The notes beneath the pieces are model-generated. The model was not told the DNA's origin, did not search any database, and worked only from the letters and a program-made list of their open reading frames with translations. The position numbers were made by a program, and so were the translations under genes. 64,000 nucleotides of DNA from assembly GCA_002269645.1 (NCBI GenBank), contig NIVC01000195.1, positions 1 through 64,000 of the forward strand, in the 5' to 3' direction. Below, piece by piece: positions 21,291 through 31,900 of this stretch; position 1 is the first letter of the stretch; every line of letters begins with the position of its first letter. Source of the DNA: Macrostomum lignano (Eukaryota).

Positions 21291-24200
21291 TCACACCAGG
21301 TGGTTGCCGCCGCGCTGCCTGCTGCTGGCCGGCGCAGACTCGTGATGGACGCTCACCTGCACTGTCACCTGCTGCTGCTGCTGCGCGCCGCTGGAGGACG
21401 GACCTGGGGAATAATGAGACAAATGGTGATGCCACTGCACAGCGATCACGTGACCGGTGATCATGTGACTATATGTAACAGGCTTATTTAAGCAGAAGGC
21501 AATCACGTGACCGGTGATCACGTGACTAAATATAACAGGCTTATTAAGCACAAGGCAATCACGTGACTAAATATAACAGGCTTATTAAGCACAAGGCAAT
21601 CACGTGACTAAATATAACAGGCTTATTAAGCACAAGGCAATCACGTGACTAAATATAACAGGCTTATTAAGCACAAGGCAATCACGTGACTAAATATAAC
21701 AGGCTTATTAAGCATAAGGCAATCACGTGACCGGTTATCACGCGCTCGCCATGCTCAGCTCTCTGAGACTGGAAATGCAGCAATTTAATTTTCTCACCTG
21801 GTGCATCAAACGTTCCGCCGCCGCTGCTGCCGCCCTCAGCACCTGAGCCGCTGCCGCCAAGGAGGGGCGTTCGCTCGTCGCTGGAGACAGCCGCGGAGGA
21901 GCCGCCGCCGGTGGCGGCGGCATCTTCCGTCTCGGAGGATTCGCTGTCGCTGCCGGGTTGGCGCGGAAAGACGCGCCTCTTGCAGACCGGGCAGACGCTG
22001 CGACTCTTCAACAGCCAGGGGTCGATGCAGGCCTGGTGATAGGCTGCGGAGACGGGGGCGAGGGATCAGAGTTGAGGGCAGACTGTCCTAGTGAGGGTCA
22101 GAGTGCGAGCGATGGTTGGGTCAGTGTCCGAGTGATGGGTCAGTGTCCGAGTGATGGGTCAGTGTCCGAGTGATTGTTTAGTGCCCGAGTGATGGGTCAG
22201 TGTCCGAGTGATGAGACAGTGTCCGATAGATGGGGCTGGGTCAGTGTCCGAGTGATGAGACAGTGTCCGATAGATGGGGCTGGGTCAGTGTCCGAGTGAT
22301 GAATCAGTGACCGAGTGATGGGTCAGTGTCCGAGTGATGGGTCAGTGTCTGAGTGATGGGTCAGTGTCTGAGTGATGGGTCAGTGTCTGAGTGATGGGTC
22401 AGTGTCCGAGTGATGGGTCAATGTCCGAGTGATGGGTCAGTGTCCGAGTGATGGGTCAGTGTCTGAGTGATTGTTCTGTGCCCGAGTAATGAGACAGTGT
22501 CCGAGTGATGAGACAGTGTCCGAGTGATGGGTCAATGTCCGAGTGATGTGTCAGTGTCCGAGTGATGAGACAGTGTCCGAGTGATGGGTCAGTGCCCGAG
22601 TGATGGATGGAGCAAGTTTGAGACGGCCAAGCAAGCCGAAAGTAATCACAAGCACAACCAACCATGATTGCACGGCAGAATCCTGAGCTTGTCGCCCTGT
22701 TCATAGTCCTCCAGACAGATGGCGCAGCACTCGTACGGATCCGTGGCCTTGTCGAACTTCTTCTGCTCCAGCTTCTTTAGGCTGGACCGGGTAAGTCGGT
22801 TTTTCTGGCGCTGCCGCCAGTCCCGGTACCACTTTGCAATCTGCGCGTTGCATTGGGTGAAACTTTTAGTGGCGTAAACCTTTGGGATTTCGTCTTAATC
22901 GTCTGGATTCAGGTTTACTCGAAAAGTACAAAAGACTACACCTAGAGAATCCCCAACCCGAACTACAACCAGGGAATCCCCAATTCAAAATATATCCAGG
23001 GAATCCCAGACCTGAACTACAACCAGGTAATCACCAACACCCGAACTACACAAGGATATCCCCAATCCGAACTACACAAGGGAATCCCCAACTCAAACTA
23101 CACAAGAGAATCCCCAACCCGAATTACACAAGGGAATCCCCAACCCGAATTACACAAGGGTATCCCAACCCGAACTACACAAAGGTATCCCAACCCGAAC
23201 TTCACAAGGGTATCCCCAACCCGAAATACACCCAGGGAATCCCCAACCCGAACTACACAAGGGCATCCCCAACACGAAGTACACCGGAATCCCCAATTCG
23301 AAATACAAGCAGTGAATCCCTAACCCGAACTACAACCACAGATTCTCTAGCCCCAAACATTTCCAGTGACCTCAAACCACTCGAACCTTAAAAGATAATC
23401 ATTTGTTTGACCAAATAAACAGTATTGGTATACTTTTATTTTTTAAAAGCAATTTACTCACCCATAGCGAGGTGAAGAACAAGAAGCACACGCTGACGAT
23501 TGTGATGAAGGGAATCACATAGGCCCTAAAGTCCAACGGGAAGGCCAGCCAAAAGGTCAGGTAGAATCGTTCTTTATGTCGGGCGTACTGGCGCAAAAGG
23601 TAACCGCAGGATTCAGTCACCATGGCAGCCGGAATTTGCACTCTGTTGCCGTCTAAGTAAAAAGGGAGGCATCGTACTGCTGTTAACTGCCCATCTCTCT
23701 GATTGGCTGGACATCCAATCCACCCAAAGAGTACAGTTTACTGTCCCTCACTCTGATTGGCTGGACATCCAATCCACCCAAAGAGTACAGTTTACTGTCC
23801 CTCACTCTGATTGGCTGGACATCCAACTCACCCCAAGTCTACTGTTCAGTGTCCCTCACTCTGATTGGCTGGACATCCAACCCACCCCAAGTCTACTGTT
23901 CAGTGTCCCTCACTCTGATTGGCTGGACATCCAACCCACCCCAAGTCTACTGTTCAGTGTCCCTCACTCTGATTGGCTGGACATCCAACCCACCCCAAGT
24001 CTACTGTTCAGTGTCCCTCACTCTGATTGGCTGACAGCCTGCTTTTCTTACTTTACACCGTCCTAATTTTCAGGCCACCTCAGAAATGCACAGATCACCT
24101 GATTAACTTAAAAGCCCTTCAGTGTTTTGCAAGTGACGCCCAGTTTCACTTTCACTTTCACTCTAGCTGTGTCCGGAGGTCAAAGATTGAACCCACAGCG

Positions 24201-25925
24201 AGAATTTAGGCTAGCTACCGCGCTTGAAAAAAACAGAGTATTGGTTAGGAAATTATTCTGCCAACCCCTGCCTCAGCTCCAGATAAGCGCACGGAGGCAA
24301 GTGGCACGCTTATCGCAATTCACTTAGCAATTTGAAACAGCAATGGGCTTTGCAGTGAAAAGTGAAATTGGAGTCGGAGCCTTATAAAAAACGACATTAT
24401 CTGGGCAAATTTCATACGTAAAATATTCATTGAGACTTTATATGAGCCTGGAATTCCGAGAGAAGTTCTACCCAAGCCAGCGGCCTCAGTGGTGGGAATA
24501 TTCCACAGGACGATTTCAGTGTTGTGGAGATCAGTAGTGCATTAGCCAGGTCGATTTTTATAGTGGGGAGATCCCAAGGTCGATTTTTGTAGTGGGGAGA
24601 TTCCCAAGGTCGATTTTTGTAGTGGGGATATTCCCAAGGTCGATTTTTGTAGTGGGGAGATTCCCAGAGTCGATTTTTGTAGTGGGGATATTCCCAAGGT
24701 CGATTTTTGTAGTGGGGAGATTCCAAAGGTCGATTTTTGTAGTGGGGAGATTCCCAAGGTCGATTTTTGTAGTGAGATTATTCAAGGTCGATTTTTGTAG
24801 AGGGGAGAGGAGATTCTCAAGGTCGATTTTGTAGTGGGGAGATTCCATGGGCAATTTTCGAAACTGGTTCTCAGCGAGGGGCTCACGATCTGAGGCATCC
24901 ATGCCGCTCAGCGCCTCCTCATAGTTGACGATGATCGCCAGGCCGAATCCCGCAGCCTGGGCGTTCAGCACCTTCGTGTCGAAGTAGCAGGCCGACCGGC
25001 CGGGCAGATCCCGGTTGATGACAGCAGCCCAGCGGACCGCGGTGCCGTTGAGGCTATGAGGCGGTCGCTGCATGTTGGCGCACCCGTTGATCGGCTCCGC
25101 GCTCAGAGGGAGCGCCTGCGATAGGGGGAGATAGACGTTGAGGATTTCTGGATAGACAGGCCGTGAAATGCTGATCCCGAATCCTGGGGATTCTGATCCC
25201 GAATCCTGGGGATTATGATCCCAAATCCTGGGGATTCTGATCCCGAATCCTGGGGATTCTGATCCCGAATCCTGGGGATTCTGATCCCGAATCCTGGGGA
25301 TTCTGATCCCGAATCCTGGGGATTCTGATCCCGAATCCTGGGGATTCTGATCCCGAATCCTGGGGATTCTGATCCCGAATCCTGGGGATTCTGATCCCGA
25401 ATCCTGGGGATTCTGATCCCGAATCCTGGGGACTCTGATCCCAAATCCTGGGGACTCTGATCCCAAATCCTGGGGATTCTGATCCCGAATCCTGGGATTC
25501 TGATCCCGAATCCTGGGGACTCTGATCCCAAATCCTGGGGATTATGATCCCCAGAGTATTTAACCCTAAATCCCGAAATTCTGATCTGGTAACGATTTTG
25601 CTGTACCATCCATTTACACTAAAAATACCTATGACTCCAGACCAACCCAGCCATTCAAAAAACTCTTACACGAAAGCTGCCAAGGAGTTGAACAGGGCCA
25701 AAGTTGGCTGGCTCAGCATAGCAGGAGTCCACAGTATCATTAGTAGTGCTGTCAACCTGCATATTTAAAATGGAATCAGGATTCATGGCTATTGGTCATA
25801 TTTGCACTCAATGGCTAAAGGCAAGGGTCCAATAAAATACTTACAACAAAGATTCGCAACTTGGCTCCACAAAATGCTGGCCAGATACAGCCTAGTAACA
25901 CTAAAGCCCTGATTGCAAATGACAT
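21291..25925 (-). CDS. RNF13: PA-TM-RING E3 ubiquitin ligase (RNF13/RNF167/godzilla family), 7 coding exons
   Basis: Exons 25925-25845 (signal peptide [21 protein letters not shown]), 25756-25670 (AEPANFGP), 25115-24887 (PA domain), 23652-23462 ([28 protein letters not shown]), 22840-22663 ([21 protein letters not shown]), 22043-21798 ([16 protein letters not shown]), 21403-21291 (..NHLV*). All phases compatible, GT-AG. Confidence 0.93.
21445..21735. repeat. 41-bp intronic minisatellite carrying the TCACGTGA E-box
   Basis: Unit aatcacgtgactaaatataacaggcttattaagcacaaggc in the last RNF13 intron. Confidence 0.95.
22120..22605. repeat. 19-bp intronic minisatellite (gtgtccgagtgatgggtca)n
   Basis: Fills RNF13 intron 5. 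Confidence 0.95.
22930..23340. repeat. Degenerate intronic minisatellite (gggaatccccaacccgaactacacaa-like)
   Basis: RNF13 intron 4. Confidence 0.85.
23690..24030. repeat. 54-bp intronic minisatellite containing CTGATTGGCT (reverse CCAAT box)
   Basis: Period 54 (gtccct at 23851 and 23905); RNF13 intron 3. Confidence 0.95.
24555..24845. repeat. 30-bp intronic minisatellite (cccaaggtcgatttttgtagtggggagatt)n
   Basis: RNF13 intron 3, donor side. Confidence 0.95.
25170..25555. repeat. 22-bp intronic minisatellite (gatcccgaatcctggggattct)n
   Basis: RNF13 intron 2. Confidence 0.95.
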
Positions 25926-26755
25926 CAACCTGAAAAAAATAAACATATTGAAAAATATATAAGATATACCAAAATATTTTCATATTATATTTTATATATT
26001 TCTTAAAATGCATGTTTTTCATGGCTATATTGACAATATTATAGGCCAACTCTATAGATCAAGCCTACTTTGAAACTAAAAGGATTACTATTATTGGATT
26101 ATATATTGCTATTCTATATAATATAGCCTTCATTAGGGGATAGGCTAAATAAACAGTGATTAGTTTAAATTAGATCTAGTAATATTCATATTAAAACATT
26201 ATTTGTTATAAATCAATATTGAAACAATACATTGAACAAAAATGGTAAGTTCTAGCAAAAAAAGAAATTAAAAAAGCAAAGCCAACATAAATATATGCAT
26301 TTAAAGGATGTCTAGTATCTGGGGAATTTTCTTATTGGAGACACTAGGGAATTTGCTATCATTTCTTAGGGACCTAGGGAAAAAATAAATAAAAAACAGG
26401 GGATAACTCAGTTCTTAAATGCCATTGCAAGTTTGAATCATAATAGCAGTGGTCAAAAGCAAAAACTTTAAACAATGTTTGCTTTAAAATAAATTAGACA
26501 ATATGGCATTGCAAATCATGTATGCCAGAGATAAATTTATAAATATAAATGAGAGGGTAGATTTTACCTATAAAAGCAAGGCACAATAATAATAATATAT
26601 ACTAGAGATATGCTATACTGAGCAAACTAAAAGCAGGAACAGTGAGGACCTATTTTGAAAAGGAATACTATCATTGCCAGCCACAAAGGGAGGGAACAAC
26701 CAACTCTTACATCCTACCCCTTTAATCTGTCCTTAGTATGCATACCTTTTTAGAA

Positions 26756-27624
26756 GGGAGCATGAGAAATGCCCACAGACAAATTGCCTACCAAGATTTG
26801 TCTATATAGGAGATTTGCCCGCAGTGCATTTTGCCTATGAGCAAATTGCCTATAAAGATTTGTCTATATAGGAGATTTGCCCGCAGTGCATTTTGCCTAT
26901 GAGCAAATTGCCTATAAAGATTTGTCTATATAGGAGATTTGCCCGCAGTGCATTTTGCCTATGAGCAAATTGCCTATAAAGATTTGTCTATATAGGAGAT
27001 TTGCCCGCAGTGCATTTTGCCTATGAGCAAATTGCCTATAAAGAGTTGTCTACCAAGAATTGCCCATCAAGATTTTTCCCATAGTGCAATTTGCTCACAA
27101 GTGAATTGCCTGCAAGTGTGACCACAATTGAATTACCTACAAATAATTGCCTGTAAGTGAATTGCTCACTGAGTTTTTTTCCATCAAGCTTTGCCCACAA
27201 TGCTTTTTTTAGCAGCATATTTGGCAGTTAGATTTTATCTATACTATATTGTCCATCCTAAAAAAGATTTTAAAAATGAAAAAAATGAAATACAGTTACT
27301 ATCAAAACTTTTTGATTAGGTAAATCTCTTTATTAAGACATACTAAGCATTGCAGAGGCAATGCAGACAAAATCTATTGTGTGGCCAAATGTGTTATAGG
27401 AAAAAATCATTGCAGCAAACCTTGGCAAGAAAAAACTCAGTGGGCAATTTGCAGGCAAAATGCATTGTGGGAAAATCTTGGTAGGCAAATCTCCACAGCA
27501 CTAAGCATTTTGCTTATAGGCAAAATGCACTGCAAGCAAATCTTGGTAGGCAAATCTTGACAGGCAAATCCCCTGTAGGCAAATTTTGGTAGGCAATTTG
27601 TCTGCGGGCAATTCTCATGGACCC
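26756..27624. mobile_element. Mutator-like (MULE) foldback MITE, 869 bp, with internal 62-bp tandem repeat
   Basis: Long imperfect TIRs (gggagcatgagaaatgcccacagacaaattgcctacc / ggtaggcaatttgtctgcgggcaattctcatggaccc); perfect 9-bp TSD tttttagaa at 26747-26755 and 27625-27633; 62-bp units at 26795-27040. Confidence 0.85.
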
Positions 27625-28932
27625 TTTTTAGAAAGAGTCTAGAGGCAAAAAATGCAAATTCAGCAAATATGCTTATTGTACAAGGAACCAACAATAGAAC
27701 ACTATAGGCCTATAACAACTAGATAGGCCTAGTAGCAACAATCAGCAATGAAAAAACTGAAAATGAAATATTTGCAAAATTTATTCAAATTTTTTGACAC
27801 TTTATGACTTAGGTCCTAGACCTAAGCCTATGGCTATTATTTTTTATTCATAAAGGATAACAGTTAATGCATTGTATAGGTTGGTGCCCTAAAAAATATC
27901 TGAATCTGTACTTGAGCTTTCTGTGAATTTGTGTGCAAACGCAGACTAATATAATACACTGACTAAATAAATAGGGATAAACCCTAGATTGAGCTCAAAA
28001 CATGGAAAAAGCGAAAAAAACGTTTAAAGTCACATATTGACAATATTAACAACGATAAGTGAAACAACTCTTATTTTATTAAATGTTACAAGGCGACAGT
28101 TTATTAGTTATCCTAGTAGTTATCCTAACAGTGCAATGAAAGATTTTAAAATGTTGACTCTACTATCATAGATATTATTAAACTAAATCTCTATAGGTTT
28201 CTATTTGGCAAAGCAGTTCTATTAAGTGACAAGCTACAAATGAATAAATAGCAAAGTACAAAAGTTAGGCCCTAGTTCCGTTCCGTTACACTCAATGACT
28301 CACACACAGTCGAGCAAAAAAACCAGCATACTTAAAGTAAGTCATACAAAACATTTAAGTGCAGATCAGAAATGCAACCACTCTCGGGTGTCCTATGCAA
28401 TTTTCAAACTCAAACAAATAAACAGATCCATCGACAATCATCAGAAAAAACATTCTTGTTCATTATTATCCCAGCCAAACACCGACACCGGAATTTAGCT
28501 TTTCTGTCGGGTATAGCAAAAGGCATTGCAAAGATAAATACTGATAGCTTAAAAAACCGTTTTAAGCCATTTATTAAGTTTTTTGAATGTTTTCTTTAAC
28601 GAAATAAAGAAGAAAATTCAAAATGCAATATTTAAAATGTTTATACCTTTTTTCAAAATAATACTATCGCTGAGTTTATTCAGATTTAGCTTTACACATT
28701 TAGAGTATAAACTAGGATAGAACAATAGAAAGTGTTTTAGACGTCATTTTCGCATTACGTCGCCTCATCTCATCTTTTCATTTTGTCTCTAGTTTTTATT
28801 TTACATCAATCGCGTAGGTCATATCGATAGCAATTTTACTATTAACTTTGCCTTCCAAACATAGAAAGCAACAGTTGCAGTTTAATGACATTTGTGTAAG
28901 TTTTTTCTTATGGGAAAGGCCTCCAGGCCATA

Positions 28933-31900
28933 ATGGATTCCGACAACAATTCTGTGCACAAAAGCAGTGTTGATGGTGAGTTTAAATGTTTTGCAAATTA
29001 AGAAATGTATTTTTTATTAAATTAGAAAATGGAAATTTAATTGTTAGATGCAGGAATGATTCAGTTCAAAACTTTAAAATAAATTTTAAGGCATTCTTTC
29101 ATTTTATGATCCCGAAGCAGGTCCAGTTTAGTATTACAATCCCCGTTAAAAGAATCAACAGGACACTCCAGTATATCAAGAAATTATAAATGTATACTAT
29201 ATACCATAGTGCGGAAGGATTTCTGTATACGACGGAAGGTAAATTTTCATTTCGGCCTGTTGTACGACAGTACGACATGGATTGGAAAATGGTACTAGTG
29301 TTGTACGACAGAGTTAGAGTTTAAGGAAGTGCTGTACGACAAAAATAGTGGCACTTACATAGTAATGTAAGGTGTTGGTAGTTGGTACGGGCAAAAACTT
29401 TTTGAATATGTGGGTAGATGTGGGAAATTCTTGATATTGCGTTTTTTTAATATGCAAAGTAAAACAACAGATATATTGTACTTTTCTGCTTGCAATGTCA
29501 AATATAGTTTTGCGCCAATAAAATTAAATTTAAGAGTTTGTACGAATATAATACTAATGATTTAAATTACCCTTTGAGTGGAAAAGTGCAACTATTGAAT
29601 TTTTACTTTTTTGCTTCAACGCAATACGTTAACAACGACGTTATGAGTTAGTTATGAGACTACGAGTATCTGGTACTGGTGTCCGATTGTCCATCAAAGG
29701 AATACTAACTATGTCTATACTTCACGTATGAGTCGTATGACATTGACAAGTGTACAACAGACAGACATGTAACATTTTTACATGTACGACAGTGTACGAC
29801 ATAGCGCCCCCCAAAAATTAGCGATGTACGACATGTACGACAGGCGATCCCTGTGTATGACGGAGATTTCTGGCGTATACCCGTCCTTCCGCACTATGGA
29901 CTATATATACTATATTTTACTTAAAAATTATGTTTTTCATAGAATGAAGTAATTTTTGGTAGGATCAATAGTGGTACATCAGGATGCTACATTTGTGATT
30001 CATGAAAAAAATTTTGAAGGCCAATTTATTCATTTTGATATTTGTATAGGACAACATTAGTGATATATTCTAAGAGTGTTTTGACTTTTAGTTCTTTTGA
30101 GGCTAATTATAATTTTCTAATTGCAACACAGAAGCACTAATCAAGTTACTTAAAGTCTTGTGCATTGGTCTATCTATCAAATTCTAGCCATTTTTTGTCC
30201 TGGCATATTTTTTTAATTGTCAATTGGTATATTTCCAAGGCTGCCAGAAGATTATCATTGATTCTAAATGAGTCAGCAGTGTACAAAAGTATACTTACAC
30301 TACACTACTGTAAAAGTATAGCTCCTGTAAAACTACAGCATAATACTATAAGAATTATCTGTAGTAGGGCGACAAGAATGACCTACACAAAATTAAAGTC
30401 TCCTGAAGTATTCTACTCATTGTGACATACCTATTGGACAAAAAGTATGTATTTCTATACATACTTTTAAAGAAAAAGAATCAATATTAAAAAATCGGCC
30501 TTCGAAATTTTTCTGCAAATTGTAAGTGTAGCATCTTGATATATTGTTAATCCTTGTTTTGTAAAAAGTTTTGCTTATTCCCTTAAATTTTGGATGTGAT
30601 AATAATAATAAAAATACAATGTAGCATCTTTATTTGAGGAATAAAAGCATGTTTAACTCTAGACCAACACATATTTTTTCTTTTTTTCACCAAGGCATTT
30701 TAAGCACTTTTTAAAAAGCAGTTCTTTAAATTAGAAAGGACTGGTAATGGAAGTACTGAAAGTTACTTTTTTTTATAAAGTACTGGTACTAGAACAAGTG
30801 CCAGAAGTTGCTTTTCTTGGAACCGTAAGTTACTTAACCGCAACATTGGTTATATGATCATTTAAATAGTGAATTTATATGTAGGTGATCCTAAGATGAA
30901 ACCAGAAAAGCTTGTTGGTTGTGAATTAAAATCACACCAATAGTAAAATTATATTGGAAGGATCATATTTCAAATTTTTAGGAAATTATTGGTATATTAA
31001 TCAACTGATAGACATCCCACTATTTTGTCTTGGCTACATCTTGAACATTCCGCACAAGCAAGAATTGGACATTTATAACCATACATGCCCAACCTCAAAA
31101 TGCCACTTTTCCAGTATGACCATAGATACTAGAATAACTAGATAGGCCACTCAGGCATAGCTGAAAACAGCTTTCTAATCTCAATTCAGTAGCAAATAAG
31201 AATACATAAGCTATTTTATAAAAATATAGTCAGCTGAAATGATTGATAAGTTTAAAAGTCCCAAGCTTGCAGGTGTAAACAACTTGCTAATTGGTTTAGC
31301 AGTAATGTACATTAGTCAGTCCATTGAAATGTACATGGCAGCTTTAGGCTGGAATTCTGAGACAGACAATAAAAAATTGGGTGGGGCGGGGGGTGTTGTA
31401 GAAAGGCGCGGTTAGAAGTTTTAAGTGAGGAGAAGAGCCAATAAACTAACCTTGGCTTTAAAATACATTAAAATGCTTCAGTTTAACCTACTACTGAACT
31501 GAAAGTAACTTACATGCAAATGTGCTCAATGGCCTATCTAGTTATTCTAGTATCTGTGAGTGTGACTTTGTTTTGTCTAGATTTGTGACTTAGTTCCTTC
31601 CAATTGCGACTTAGTTCCTCTCAATTGCAACTTAGTTCCTCTTGATAACAATTTAGTTCCCCCAATATTGTGACTTAATTTTCACTTTGTATGACTTTTC
31701 TTGCCTTTTCTCTTTTTTTTCTTTCTCTTTCTCTCTTCTCTTTCCCCTCTTTCTCTTCTCTCTCTTTTCATTTCCTTTTCTCTTCTTCTCCTTTCTTTCT
31801 TGCCCCAATTTTCATTTTTTGCATTTTCAATTTTGCGACTTACCTTGTCTGGCAGCCATTTCACCCATCTGGTTGGGACAGGTTGGATGGGTGTTGGGCA

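Noticed and set aside
24427-24545. Extra RNF13 exon
   Set aside because: Exon ending 24887 splices in phase to 23652 (SD-HGNRVQIP), giving a complete PA-to-TM path without it.
22930-25555. NF-kB-like GGGRNNYYCC motifs in RNF13 arrays
   Set aside because: Short degenerate motif, easily produced by palindromic G/C runs; no supporting context.
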